From assembly GCF_006345805.1 (NCBI RefSeq), contig NC_043006.1, forward strand, positions 22,134,001-22,198,000: a stretch of DNA of 64,000 nucleotides, in the 5' to 3' direction. A program made the translations under genes and the position numbers. Shown here piece by piece: positions 1 to 12,172 of the stretch (position 1 is the first letter of the stretch; the number at the start of each line of letters is the position of its first letter). The stretch is from Octopus sinensis. Taxonomy: Eukaryota. The notes beneath the pieces were generated by a model that worked only from the letters and a program-made list of their open reading frames with translations, made no database searches and had not been told where the DNA came from.

Positions 1-125
1 TACTGCCAAAAAAAAGTTCAGAAATATTTGGTCATTATAAACAAATCATTTATACAAGTTGTTCAGTAAGGAATTGTTGACCACTCAAATGTCATTTACA
101 ACAGGAGTGTCAGCCAATATATACA

Positions 126-156
<31 letters not shown>

Positions 157-234
157 TGATGTGGGACAAATTGCTGAGAAAGGATCTACAATCATTGGGA
201 CCCACAGAAGGGATGACAGGGGACAGAAACTCCT

Positions 235-470
235 GGCAGCAAGCTGGCAGAATCGTTAGCACGCCGGGCGAAATGCGTAGCCGTATTTCGTCTGCCGCTA
301 TGTTCTGAGTTCAAATTCCACCGAGGTCGACTTTGCCTTTCATCCTTTCGGGATCAATAAATTAAGTACCAGTTACGCACTGGGGTCGATGTAATCGACT
401 TAAATCCCTTTGTCTGTCCTTGTTTGTCCCCTCTATGTTTAGCCCCTTGTGGGCAGTAAAGAAATAAGAA
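235..470 (+). mobile_element. SINE family A (tRNA-derived head, Meta/MESC-like core), full length
   Basis: Head with A-box-like tggcagaatcg and B-box gagttcaaat; core gtcgactttgcctttcatcctttcggg; target-site duplication agaaactcct at 225-234 and 467-476; many copies in the window. Confidence 0.9.
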
Positions 471-579
471 ACTCCTGGCGGTTTGCTATGCTTGAAAAGA
501 CACACCAAGCTAAGTAAAAAAATGCAGTTGCCTCGCAACCCCAACCAGCTGAGCATCCCTAGTCTTGCAGGCTCATATA

Positions 580-797
580 TGTGATGCCACATAAAAAGCA
601 TTTGTACTGGTGCTGCATAAAGGCACCCAGTACACACTGTAAAATGATTGGTGCTAGACAGGGCATACAGCCATAGAAACCAAGCCAAAACAGACATGGA
701 CCCTGAGCAGCCTTTCAGGTGGTCAGCTCCTGTTAAACCGGCCTACTTATGCCTGCATGGAAAACAGATGTTTATTGATGATGATGATGATGATGAT
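580..797 (+). mobile_element. Family C (RTE-type 3' tail), short diverged copy
   Basis: aaggcacccagtacac...gggcatacagccatagaaac...gcatggaaaacagatgtt followed by a (gat)n tail. Confidence 0.65.
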
Positions 798-801
798 ATA
801 A

Positions 802-1032
802 GGCGGCGAGCTGGCAGAAACGTTAGCATGCCGGGCGAAATGCTTAGCGGTATTTCGTCTGCCGTTACGTTGTGAGTTCAAATTTCGCCGAGGTCGACTT
901 TGCCTTTCATCCTTTCGGGGTCGATAAATTAAGTACCAGTTACGCACTGGGGTCGATGTAATCGACTTAATACCTATGTCTGTCCTTGTTTGTCCCCTCT
1001 GTGTTTAGCCCCTTGTGGGTAATAAAGAAATA
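802..1032 (+). mobile_element. SINE family A, full length
   Basis: ggcggcgagctggcagaaacgttagc...gccccttgtgggtaataaagaaata; near-identical to 235-470. Confidence 0.9.
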
Positions 1033-1198
1033 GATATATATTCAACTAGGGGTTAAATTTGCCTCATTAAGGGAAGGTATCATCCAATGAATTACTGGTT
1101 CAATACCTAATATTTGTTGTGAATAATAATATTCATAAAACAATAGATTTATATATAAATCATGGTTTATAATCATTTAAAAGAAAGTAAGAAAATGG

Positions 1199-1481
1199 AG
1201 ATATAAGCATTTAATAGAAATTTATTATCTGCAAAAATCAAACAGACCCTTACAGCTGTTTCAATTCTGCTTAAATGATTAAATAGTAATTATTAAAATC
1301 CTAATATTAGGTAACACATTAAAAATCTAACGATATATCCTTTTTCTACCCCTCTAAAGAGATTTTGCCTAATATAATGATTTTGATAATTACTATTTAA
1401 TCTTTTAGGCTGAACCGAAACAGCTGTAAGGGACTATGTCTGATTTTTCCTGATAACAATTTTTTATTAAATGCTAAATCT
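1199..1481. repeat. Fold-back (palindromic) element with ~115-bp inverted arms
   Basis: 1199-1314 is the approximate reverse complement of 1366-1481 (cccttacagctgtttc / gaaacagctgtaaggg; attaaatagtaattat / ataattactatttaat). Confidence 0.8.
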
Positions 1482-1738
1482 TCATTTTCTTACTTTATTC
1501 ACACACACAAAATGCAATATACATATAATGCAGATGATGATGATGATGATATATACATAATGCAATATTGCATTATTTATATGAATATCATATAAGTATA
1601 TACATATACATATTATATAAGTATATACAAGCGTATCATATATGTGTGTATGTGTATGTATACACATGAAATTCTGATGATTTCTGATCGATAACTCATG
1701 AGGGGAGAGCATATCTATGTCCTTTGCGGATTTTTCTT

Positions 1739-2080
1739 CTAGATGGCCAAGAGAGCTGAGGGTGCGGGCAAGCGCCATCCAACCAAAATGCAAATATATG
1801 GGAAACTACCACCTGTGTCATCTCTTGTGAAAGGTAGGAGAGTCCAGTTTGCTGGACATTGTTGTAGAGCTGAAAAAGAGGTAATTTCTACTCTTCTCCT
1901 CTGGAAGCCATCTACTCGCGACACCAGAGGGCGCACACTCTCCTACCCTGATGTAATCTCCAGGGATACAGGCATCCAGCAACAGGACCTCCGTAATGCC
2001 ATGATGGACCGTGAACTCTGGCGTAGCATGGTAAATTCCATTGTCTCGACCACGGTCGAACAATGATGATGATGATGATG
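1739..2080 (+). mobile_element. 5'-truncated RTE (RTE-X-like) LINE 3' end
   Basis: ORF 1743-2066 HPTKMQIYGKLPPVS...RRVQFAGHCCR...LLLWKP...DRELWR; (gat)n tail; TSD tgcggatttttctt at 1725-1738 repeated at 2079-2093 with one extra T. Confidence 0.88.
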
Positions 2081-2639
2081 CGGATTTTTTCTTGCTTTCC
2101 ATATGCTCTTCCATCATTTTTCTTTGCAATTTTTTAATGTGTGTGTGTGTGTATGTGTGTTAATATAAATTCATACAGACTTTTTCACATAGGAACAATT
2201 AGATATGAAAAAGAAACGTAAGTTTTTGTTTGTTTGCTAAAATCAGTGCAGTTCAGTTCAGTTACTTTTTTGCTTTCTTTTCATCTTCATTTGTTTGATA
2301 AAGCTATTATTAAACTAGATTCTGCTTCAACGAATTTCATGTGAGCCATGCAAGCATGGAAAAGTGGATGTTCAAGTGATGACGATAACAACAACGATGA
2401 TGGTGGTAGTGGTGGGGTCGGTGTTAGTCGGTAGCACCGATTCCAGGACTTGACTAGTACTTTATTTTATTGGCTCCAAAAGGATGAAAGGCAAAGTTGA
2501 TCTTGGCAAGATTTGGGCTCAAAATGTAAAAAGCCAGAACAAATAACCTAAGGCACTTTTTATGACCCTCTAATGATTCTGCCAGCTTTCAGCCCTAATA
2601 ATAATAGCAACAACAACAACAACAACAACAATATTAATT

Positions 2640-3090
2640 AATTCTTTTATTAGCCACAAGGGCTCACATACAAAATATTAATTGACAAACAACAACATAA
2701 AAGACAAAAACAAGATGATACAATGGGTTACTTATATTGTGTGTACACAATATAAAAATTAAACAAACTCCCAATAGGGGAGGCACTTTAAGGTTCTCAT
2801 GGAAAACCCCACAAAAGCCATGGGTGCCTGAAGAAAAGGGCAAGAGCTCTTTTTTTTTTTTACAGGTGCATGCTCAGAATTGGTCCTTTCACACTGGCTA
2901 TTCTTCCAACATTCACCCACCTTTCAACAAACTTGCTACAAGGCAACACTTCCCTCTCCACTCTCAGCTTCCTTTTCAAGGGAAACTTTGAAAAAGTTGA
3001 TGGGGGCTTGACCAAAGAGAAAAGTGTCTGTCTTTAGCCCTTTCAAACAGGTCCACCATACTACCTCTTTCCCTACAGCCACTAGACAAA
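2640..3090 (-). mobile_element. L1/Tx1-like LINE 3' fragment
   Basis: Reverse complement is homologous to 47630-48130 (ORF end plus 3' UTR ending gcccttgtggctaataaaag). Confidence 0.75.
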
Positions 3091-3104
3091 TAATCATAAT
3101 AATC

Positions 3105-3138
<34 letters not shown>

Positions 3139-4027
3139 ATGCACTGCTCTCTTACTCAATAACAATAATTCTTTCTAATTTAGTCACAGGGCCAGCAATT
3201 TCAGGAAGGGTTAAGTTGATTACATTGACCCCAGTACTCAACAGGTGTTGATTTCATCAACCCCCTAAAAGGGATGAAAGCTAGGAGAAATGCTGTTGTG
3301 CATTTTGTCTGGCATGCTAATGAGTCTGTCAGTTCATTGCCTTAATAACCACAGCAACAGCAACAGCAACAAGAACAACAAGAACAACAAAAGAAGAAGA
3401 AGACGACGACGACAACAACAACAACAACAAACAAAAGCAATTGTTTCTAACTTGGTAGGAGAGGGGAGCAGTCAATAATATCAACCCCTGTGTTTGACTC
3501 TTTCTATATTTTATCAACCTCCAAAAGGTTGAATTTGTAAAGTTGAATTTGGTTGGGCTTGAACCCAGCATATAAGGAGACGTGGAACAAATATAAAAAT
3601 GGTATTTTGTTTTTCAATGCTCTAACCAATCTGCTAATCTTCTCCCATTGTTAAAAATAAAAATGACAATTAATGATCTTACAAAGATTTTACATCAGGT
3701 TTCCAGAATAGTCTCATGGGACACATGAATACTAAAGAGAACTAGAAAAACAATTAGAATAAAATTCTAATTGGTCAACAAGTATCTACACATTTCTTCA
3801 TTTCCAGTAATGCCAAAAATTTCGCAAGACTTAGAAATTTAAGAAAGTGAATTTAGATCTTCAATTTCAGGATTCAAAAATGAAAAATCAAATCAATGAA
3901 TTCTAATAGATGATTACAACCCAAATTTTAAAGTCCAAATCCAAAATGTCTTCAACATAATTTCTTAGTTTTTATTGTTGCTTACCAATTCAGATCAATG
4001 GAATATCTTACATTAATATTTTAGCAT

Positions 4028-4428
4028 TCAACCCTTAGTATTTATACTGGCCATATCTGGCTCAAATATTCTGCTTGTTTTATGTTGAAACTGGCCAGAT
4101 TCCACCTTTTGCAGCTACCCTACAATGTCACTCTAAAAATAAGCAATCACATTGTTAAAATCTTGAAGCTATGAAATAATGCATGATTAATTCAAAACAA
4201 TGTGAATGAATAAGCATTACATTTCATAGAGAAATTTGAATGCTAAAGAGTTAAACCAGCCATATCTGGCTGTTTTATGTTCAAACTGGCCAGATCCAGC
4301 CTCTCGCACCTACCCTACAATGTCATTCTAAAGATACACAGTCACATAATTGAAATCTCAAAGCTATGAGATAACGCATGATTAATTCAAAACAAAGTGA
4401 ATAAATAAGTATTAAATTTGAGAGAATT
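4028..4428. mobile_element. Two tandem copies of a ~220-bp MITE with a TTAA-type (piggyBac-like) end
   Basis: Repeated ccatatctggc...aaactggccagat...taccctacaatgtca...gcatgattaattcaaaac; copy 1 ends gaatgctaaagagttaa; third partial copy at 7044-7172. Confidence 0.65.
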
Positions 4429-4954
4429 ATAAATCTCTTATTATAAAAGGCAGATTTTATCTGCCTCCCTTTGTCTCTTATAGAAATCTACAATATAGGA
4501 TTTCTTCAATTACAATTTACCTAGCATTTTTAAGAGTAGAATGCATCGGGTCGTGCCAGGTCCAGTTTTTCAAATTTCAACCCCAATTAAGCAAAATTTA
4601 GAGAAAACTCACATTGTGGTGTCTAAGTCAAATGCTTTTCTTAGTGTGGGCTACAGCACACGCACACGCACACACACACAAACGGAGCGAACTGTTTCAC
4701 TGACGCTATCACCCTAATTTCTCCTCCTTTGTCTTTGCAAGTGTGCAACGATTAAAGTGAAAGTAATTCACTTTTTGTAGTGACTCTTTCACTCTGCATT
4801 CCCACTTCCTCTTTACACACATAGACACGCAAATATATAAATAAAATTGTAAGCTAACGTGTGTGTGTGTGTGTGTGTGTGTGTGAGTGTGTGCGTGTGT
4901 GTGTGTGTGAGGGTGCGTGTGTGTGTGTGTGTGTGTGTGTGAGTGTGTGACAGG

Positions 4955-5467
4955 AAAGTTTTTTAGGACGAATATAAGACCTAAAGTATATCCAAGTAGC
5001 AGAAAGATCGCCCAAAAGTGTATATAGATATTTAAATGTATTTATATATTCATCTATACACAGATGTATGTATAATGTGTGTGTATATATTTCCATAGAG
5101 GTAACCATTCACTCCATACAAAGTTTTTTAGGACGAATATAAGATCTAAAGTTATCTCTAAGTAGCACAAAGATCGCCAAAAGTGTATATAGATATATAA
5201 ATGTATTTATATATTCATCTATGCACACATGTATGTATAACGTGTGTGTATATATTTCCATAGAGGTAACCATTCACTCCATACAAGTTTTTTAGGATGA
5301 AAATAAGATCTAAAGTTATCTCTAAGAAACAGAAAGATCGCCCAAAAGTGTATATAGATATTTAAATGTATTTATATATTCATCTATACACACATGTATG
5401 TATAATGTGCGTGTATATATTTCCATAGAGGTAACCATTCAATCCATACAAAGTTTTTTAGGACGAA
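4955..5467. repeat. ~165-bp tandem repeat, 3 copies, inside the Helitron
   Basis: aagttttttaggacgaatataaga...gtaaccattcactccatac recurs at ~4956, 5120 and 5285. Confidence 0.92.
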
Positions 5468-5718
5468 AATATTTATATATAAAAGAAAGGTTGTGTGTCT
5501 GTCTACTCCGATTTAGATTCCTAACTACTCCCACATTTTGCGATGCAGTTTAACCAAAACCGGGTATCTTATAGTCGTGATTCATATCGAGCCCTTCTGG
5601 GTATTAGCGCACGTCTACGATGAGTCTACGATTTTACAAATAATTTACCAGCATTTTTTTCCATTTTAATGCATATTTTTTTAAATAAAGGGAAGTAACT
5701 CTCAAACTTCACACCAAT

Positions 5719-6240
5719 ATGAGTGCTCATATGCGACGTAATATCACATCAGCAGCATTTCCTCACACTCTCCTTGCACTTGGCGAAGGCAAAATACCAG
5801 GAGATGTAAATGGTAATATTGCCATCGATTCCATTTGTACCATTGTTAAGACGCCTTCTGATCTCAGAGATGCAGTGTTCCCAGATCTACAAGCTAATTA
5901 TCAGAATATGGATTGGATTGGCAAAAAGGCTATACTGGCCCCGAGGAATAAAACTGTTCACCATATTAATGATGAAATGCTAAAACTCATTCCTGGGGAA
6001 GTCTATGTATATCAGTCTATCGATACAACTCCTGACCCAGAGGACGTCATCAACTATCCAATAGAGGTACTCAATTCCTTTGAGCACCCCGGACTACCAC
6101 CACACTTTCTCAAACTTAAAGTTGGTGCCCCTATAATGCTCATCAGAAATTTGGTTCCCCCAAAACAATGCAATGGCACACATTTGATCGCTAAGTCCTT
6201 ATCTCCCACCGTAAACTTATATCAATATTTGCCTGAATAA
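5719..6240 (+). pseudogene. Helitron PIF1-type helicase fragment
   Basis: LLALGEG, AILAPRNKTVHHIN, YQSIDT, YPIEVLNS, GLPPHFLKLKVGAPIMLIRNL...CNGT are Helitron RepHel helicase motifs; truncated at both ends. Confidence 0.92.
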
Positions 6241-6385
6241 TCATCATAATTCAGTGCAATCATTAACAGTACTTTCAAGCAATTCAGCCCCGAGCAACGC
6301 CGGGCAATTCTGCTAGTAAGCATATAATTTGAGAGAATATGCTGAGTGTTCTTATCTATCACCAGAGGTATTCTTGTTTCATCAT

Positions 6386-6944
6386 TTTAGTTAGTTAATT
6401 TTTTGGCTCAAAAAGCAAAAAGCAAGGCCATGTAGGGGGACATGGAGTTATGTACAGGGAGGGTGTTCATGTAAAGAGTTCAGGCCACTTGTGGTCAAGG
6501 GAGACTTTGAACCGAGCGGTCGTCGGCATCTTCACCATCTCGTCCGGCAGCTTATTCCACGGATCCGCAACCTGGACGGAGAAAGCCCCTCTCCTTCGAT
6601 TGAGATGAAATCGTCGCAGATAGAGCTTTTCGGAATGACCCCGCAGCCGACGCTCTGGAGCAGGAGTGAAGAACAGCTCTTTCGAGAGGTTACACTTTCC
6701 GCTTATGATGTTGTGAGCAAGAATGAGATCACCATGGCAGCGGCGTTTTTCTAGAGAATAAAGGTCAAGCGTCTTCAGCCTTTCTTCATAAGACAAATTC
6801 CTGAGACCAAGAACCATGCGGGTAGCCAGCTTCTGGACTCTTTCGAGATGCTGTATGTCTTTGAGGAGATAAGGAGAAGAGGCTTGAATCCCGTACACCA
6901 ATATGGGTCTCACCAGTGTGACATAGAGCGGTAGGAATATGGCT
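6386..6944 (-). mobile_element. 5'-truncated CR1-clade LINE 3' end
   Basis: ORF 6467-6913 RPILVYG...LERVQKLATRMV...SYEERL...LEKRR.GDLI...LRGH..KL...WNKLP; short 3' UTR with (taac)n tail. Confidence 0.9.
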
Positions 6945-7043
6945 GCTTTGTTTGATAAGATCCAAGTGACACAGCTCTATGTGATGTTATGATGTCTTAT
7001 GATTCTAATTCTGTATGGCACTGTTAGTTTTGGCATGACAGTT

Positions 7044-7172
7044 TAACCCACTTGCATTTAAACCGACCATATCCATCCAAAGTAGTCTACCTGATTTATG
7101 TTCAAACTGGCCAGATCTGGTCTCTCACACTAACCCTACAATATCATTCTAAAAATCAACACCTCATCAAAA
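7044..7172. mobile_element. Partial copy of the TTAA-type MITE
   Basis: ttaaccc...gcatttaaaccgaccatatcc...aaactggccagatc matches 4028-4254. Confidence 0.65.
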
Positions 7173-7488
7173 CCAATGATGTATCATTTCCTTGACACAG
7201 TTCTGAACGATGCAGCTCAGTGTCTACTTGTCTACACAACATGTTCTCTGATACAGCTCAGTGCCCATGTGTCCACTATCACATGTTCTGTGATATAGCT
7301 CTATCTAAATTTGTTTTAAACATTACTGCAACTACTTTTCAATCGTAGCTAGGGCTGAATGATTCTGTAAATTTGCATATTTACAGAAAAAAATATGCCA
7401 CAACAACCAAATAGTCTTCTATAATAAATTATAAAAACTTTGAAACCAGAATGATAAATCAACTTTTAACCTGGCTGAAGCAGATATA

Positions 7489-7718
7489 TATTTCTTTACT
7501 ACCCACAAGGGGCTAAACGCAGAAGGGACAAACAAGGACAGACAAACGGATTAAGTCGATTACATCGACCCTAGTTTCGAAAGTGGTACTTCATTTATCG
7601 ACCCCGAAAGGATGAAAGGCAAAGTCGATCTCGGCAGAATTTGAACTCAGAAAGTAATGACAGACGAAATATCGCTAAGCATTTTGCTCGGCACACTAAA
7701 GTTTCTGCCAGCTCGCCT
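7489..7718 (-). mobile_element. SINE family A
   Basis: Reverse complement of the family A sequence (tatttctttactacccacaagggg...ctgccagctcgcc). Confidence 0.88.
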
Positions 7719-8329
7719 ATAATCATTATTATCATTTTACATCCACTTTCCATACTGGAATGGAATGGACCATCATGGTATGAATCAGTTTTGCTAATAG
7801 TTACTGCCCTTCTAGATGAGGTCAAGAGACCACATCTCACCAATCCATTTTGCTTTTGGTATAGCTTCTATGACCGGATGTCCTTCCAAACACCAACCAA
7901 TTTAAAGAATGTACTTGGTGCATCGTTCTGTGGTATCCGTATATAGAAGTTGTCACGTATTCAATTTGTCCACCTCTTCATAAAGTGTACTGGATGCACT
8001 TCATTATGCCATTAACACTCTATGATGTTGTTTTGTACTAAGAGCTTCACTGTTCTTTATTGGCTACTTTGTCATTTGTATCGACTAATAAACTGTATAT
8101 AGCTCTTTAATAACTCTGTTATTATGTATCTAATTCTCATAACAACTCCTAGAATATTGTCTGAATTCACTTTCTATGTTTATATAATCACTATTGTACA
8201 ATGCAGCATCAAATGAAATGAAATTTGGAACCTAAACTAAATTTGTTTGAGTTAGAACCTCTTCCCTTCAGGTTTCAGAGGTTCTTGGGAAAAGGAAGTA
8301 CTTCCATTTCTTGATCAGAAAAAAATTGA

Positions 8330-8890
8330 TCATCATTATCATCATCATCATTGTTTAATGTCCGCTTTCAATGCTAGCATGGGTTGGATGATTTTGACTG
8401 AGGGCTGGCGAGCCAGATAGCTGCACCAGGCTCCAATCTTGATCTGGCAGAGTTTCTACAGCTGGATGCCCTTCCTAACGCCAACCACTCCAAGAGTGTA
8501 GTGGGTGCTTTTTACGTGCCACTGGCATGGGGGCCAGTCAGGCGGTACTGGCAATGATCTCGCTCGAATTTTTTTACACATGCCACCGGCACATGTGCCA
8601 GTAAGGCGACGTTGGTAACAATCACGCTCGAATGGTGCCCTTTTACGTGCCACCGGAACGGAAGCCAGTTGGCTGCTCTGGCAACGATCACGCTTGGATG
8701 GTGCTCTTGGCACCGTACTAGCACAGGCACAAGTGCCAGTAAGGTGATGCTGGTAACGATCACACTCGAATGTTGCCCTTTTATGTGCCATTGGCATGGA
8801 AGCCGGTTAGCCGCTCTGTCAAACAATCGCACTCGTATGGTGCTCTTTGCACTCCGCTAGCACAGATGCCAGTCAGCGAATTTGATTTTA
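8330..8890 (-). mobile_element. Family C (RTE-type 3' tail with internal repeats)
   Basis: (cat)n tail, tccgctttc..atgctagcatgggttgga, ggatgcccttcctaacgccaacc, repeated ttttacgtgccaccgg units. Confidence 0.85.
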
Positions 8891-9226
8891 ATAATAAAGT
8901 CATCTGTGCAGTTGTTAATGGTTGGTGTTTAGCTGTAGGTCAGCCCTGATCAAAAACATTTACAACCAAATACATTCTAACCACGACTATCCTGTCTTTT
9001 TCAGACATAGTTTATCTCAGAATACATTATCTGGTAGGCCTTCCTTCTCTTTAAGGATAATAGAATGTAATTTGTGGGAGATTTGGTTGCTATATCTATC
9101 AGGCTACCAGGTAGATGTTCATGGTTTGGTTACATTGCTATCAAAATCATTCAGAAAGAATATTTGATTAAAAAAAACAACAATCTATTTATAGTCTTAA
9201 GCTATACATAACTATTTTGAATAATA

Positions 9227-9303
9227 CAAGGAGTCCATAAATTACTTTTGCGATTTGAAGACTGGAAGTGTGGAAAATGTAAAGATAATTTATGGACACC
9301 CAG
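9227..9303. mobile_element. 77-bp Tc1/mariner-type MITE
   Basis: TA | caaggagtccataaatta ... taatttatggacacccag | TA: imperfect TIRs with a TA duplication. Confidence 0.65.
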
Positions 9304-9366
9304 TATTTCAGAAGCATTTCTAATAAAATTCAATACAACATACTTCAATTACATTTTTTCCAGATA

Positions 9367-9790
9367 GGCACAGGAGTGGCTGTAAGGTAAGTAGCTTGCT
9401 TACCAACCACATGGTTCCAGGTTCAGTCCCACTGCGTGGAACCTTGGGCAAGTGTCTTCTACTATAACCTCGGACCGACCAAAGCCTTGTGAATGAATTT
9501 GGCAGATGGAAACTGAAAGAAGCCCGTCGATATATATATATATAGATAGATAGATAGGTATATATATGTATGTATATGTTTGTGTGTCTGTGTTTGTCCC
9601 CCCAACATCACTTGACAACCGATGCTGGTGTGTTTACATCCCCATAACTTAGCGGTTCGGCAAAAGATATTCGATAGAATAAGTACTAGGCTTACGAAGA
9701 ATAAGTCCTGGGGTCGATTTGTTCGACTAAAGGCAGTGCTCCAGCATGGCCGCAGTCAAATGACTGAAACAAGTAAGAAGATAAAAGAAA
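9367..9790 (+). mobile_element. SINE family B (tRNA head, CORE/V-like motif, internal microsatellite)
   Basis: ggcacaggagtggctgt...ggttcagtccc...ccttgggcaagtgtc...(TA/TG)n...gcagtcaaatgactgaaacaagta. Confidence 0.88.
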
Positions 9791-10839
9791 AGAATAATCA
9801 AGAATTTGGAGGGATTTGGTAAAATAATTCTGCATTATTAATCCAGTGTTTCAAACTTAACAGAAGGTTCTAACCAAATAAAAACAAAAAAGATGAAGAA
9901 AGGTTGTAATCCGAATACGAGTGCTTTAAAATTATAGGTTTTGTATTAGAGAATCAGAATTTCAGGCAAGTTGTTGGTAAAATGGGAGAAAAAAAATCGA
10001 CAAAAGTGTGTAGAATGCAATGTGGATGGAACTCGTAGATGTTTAGAAATTCGATTTACTCATGCAATCTATTCTCAGTTTCCAAATAGGGTTATAACGC
10101 AAAGTCAACCCCCCCTCCCCCACCCTTGTTCTGTTAGAAAAACATAGTCAAAGAACAGTATCCTATCCTGAGATGCAGATGTTCTCTTGTGAGAAAAGAA
10201 GGTAACAGGAGCAGGAGTAGAAATAGAGACATATCAGATGATTTGAAGAATTAGAGAAGGAAATAATTGTAGAGTAGAGGAGAAATCCACAGCAGAACAA
10301 CTTTATGATATAAAGAAACCAACACAGTGTGTGTGTGTGTGTGTGTGTGTGCGTGCGTGTGTGTGCATGTGTATGAAAAGATCTGCTCTGCAAGGCACAC
10401 ACACACACAATTTTAAACACGAAAAACATGCATCAATAATTTAAATTAGATTCCAGTAAATGATGTAGTAATAAGCACTGGAATCTTGACAAGGCATTAA
10501 AAACAAAAAAAAAACAAAAGGAAAAGAAAGAAAGAAAGAAAAAAAAAATTAAAGTTTCTGACCACCCAGCTAAATTACAACAAAGATGGGCAACACGTAT
10601 ATCCATAGAGGTCCTTGGCCTCATGCCATCTGATAAGTGGCCTGCAAACATGATTGAAGCTGACTTGTCTTTAGCAGACAAATATTGTATGTGAACATAT
10701 TTGTTAAGTTTAGTAACAGAGACTGAAGTGCTCTCATTACTCCAAATGATTTTATCATCATCACCGTCATTGTTTGTCACCGTCATATTACACATAAGTG
10801 ATGGAATATGTGCGTGCGTGTGTGTGTGGATAAATATAT

Positions 10840-11029
10840 TTACATACATATACATATATATAAATGTACGTAGATATACATATATGCATGTGTGTATGTA
10901 TATATATATATATATATATATACATATATATATGTACATATATATATATATATGTACATATATATATATATATGTACATATATATATATAATGTACATAA
11001 TATATATATATGTACATATATATATGTAC

Positions 11030-11101
<72 letters not shown>

Positions 11102-11317
11102 TATATATATAGTATATATATATATGTATATATATGTATATATATGTATATAATATATATGTATATATATATTGTATATATATGTATATGTATATATATG
11201 TAATATATATATGTATATATATGTATATATATATGTATATATATATATATGTATATATATGTATATATATGTATATATATATATAGGTATATATATATAT
11301 ATTATATATATATAATG

Positions 11318-11348
<31 letters not shown>

Positions 11349-11385
11349 GTATATATATATAATGTATATATATATATATATGTAC

Positions 11386-11416
<31 letters not shown>

Positions 11417-11490
11417 TATATTACATATATATATATGTATATATATATATATATGTACATATATATGTGCATGTATATGTATATATATGT
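10840..11490. repeat. Compound (TA)n/(TATG)n microsatellite, ~650 bp
   Basis: Directly visible; source of the YIYI ORFs. Confidence 0.97.
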
Positions 11491-11672
11491 GAGTGGGTGG
11501 ATGGGTGGGTGGGTGGGTGCGAGTGGGGTGGGGAGAAGCTAGTCAAACTGGTTTTCAAAATAACCAAAGAACTCATTCATAAATAGCTGGACATATAATA
11601 TTGTATGATTGATTATTTTTTCGATTCTTTTTTTTTTTTTTTTTTTTCCCGTCTTCTTCTCTGGAATGAAAT

Positions 11673-11993
11673 TCATTCACAACGGACGGACGGATATATT
11701 CTGGCAAACAGCAACAGCTTTGAAAATACAGTGAATGGATGGATGAAGGGTGGCATATAGAGTTGGACTGTATACAAACAACAAAAGGTTATTGACAGAA
11801 GAAGTGAAGAGGAGGACGGAGGTGAACGACAATGGTGATGGATGAAGAGTAAATGGTTAGGACTAATAACGGCTGTGGCGGCAGTAAGGAAACAAGAGTG
11901 TGGTAATATGGAGAATGGATGAAGAGCTGATAGGACCACATCAAAATGAAGTGGAAAGGAAGACGGACTGTAGCAAACTGCTCTTGTTATTTC
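11673..11993 (-). CDS. Possible terminal coding exon of an unidentified minus-strand gene
   Basis: Non-repeat sequence; weak acceptor ttgtatcag|G; phase 0 frame open for 106 codons (EITRAVCYSPSSFP...); no family recognised. Confidence 0.22.
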   Translation of the reverse strand, partial: EITRAVCYSPSSFPLHFDVVLSALHPFSILPHSCFLTAATAVISPNHLLFIHHHCRSPPSSSSLLLSITFCCLYTVQLYMPPFIHPFTVFSKLLLFARIYPSVRCE

Positions 11994-12172
11994 CTGATAC
12001 AATAAATTATTTATGTGATGATTATTTATATATTTTCATTAGTATATGTTGATATTACTTCAGCTATCAACCATCAGAATAAAATTGAAAGTACTATTAT
12101 CTTCTGCTTAATAACTTCTTTATTATTTTACTTGAGACGGGAGGATAATATTTAATGATTGTAATAAAATAT

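Larger units (their letters stand above)
4434..6316 (+). mobile_element. Non-autonomous Helitron
   Basis: Starts a|TCtcttattataaaag; ends with hairpin cccgagcaacgccggg then CTAG|t (6313-6316); sits at an A|T site; carries a PIF1 helicase fragment. Confidence 0.8.

Noticed and set aside
8456-8860. Cys/Arg/His-rich ORFs recurring at 8.5, 13.2, 24.4 and 31.2 kb as a gene family
   Set aside because: Incidental translations of the GC-rich family C repeat, with inconsistent frames and strands between copies
10433-11586. Long YIYI-type ORFs, and similar HT/CV/poly-I ORFs across the window including the 312-aa ORF at 49281-50219
   Set aside because: Translations of (TA)n, (CA)n and (AAT)n microsatellites, which lack stops in several frames
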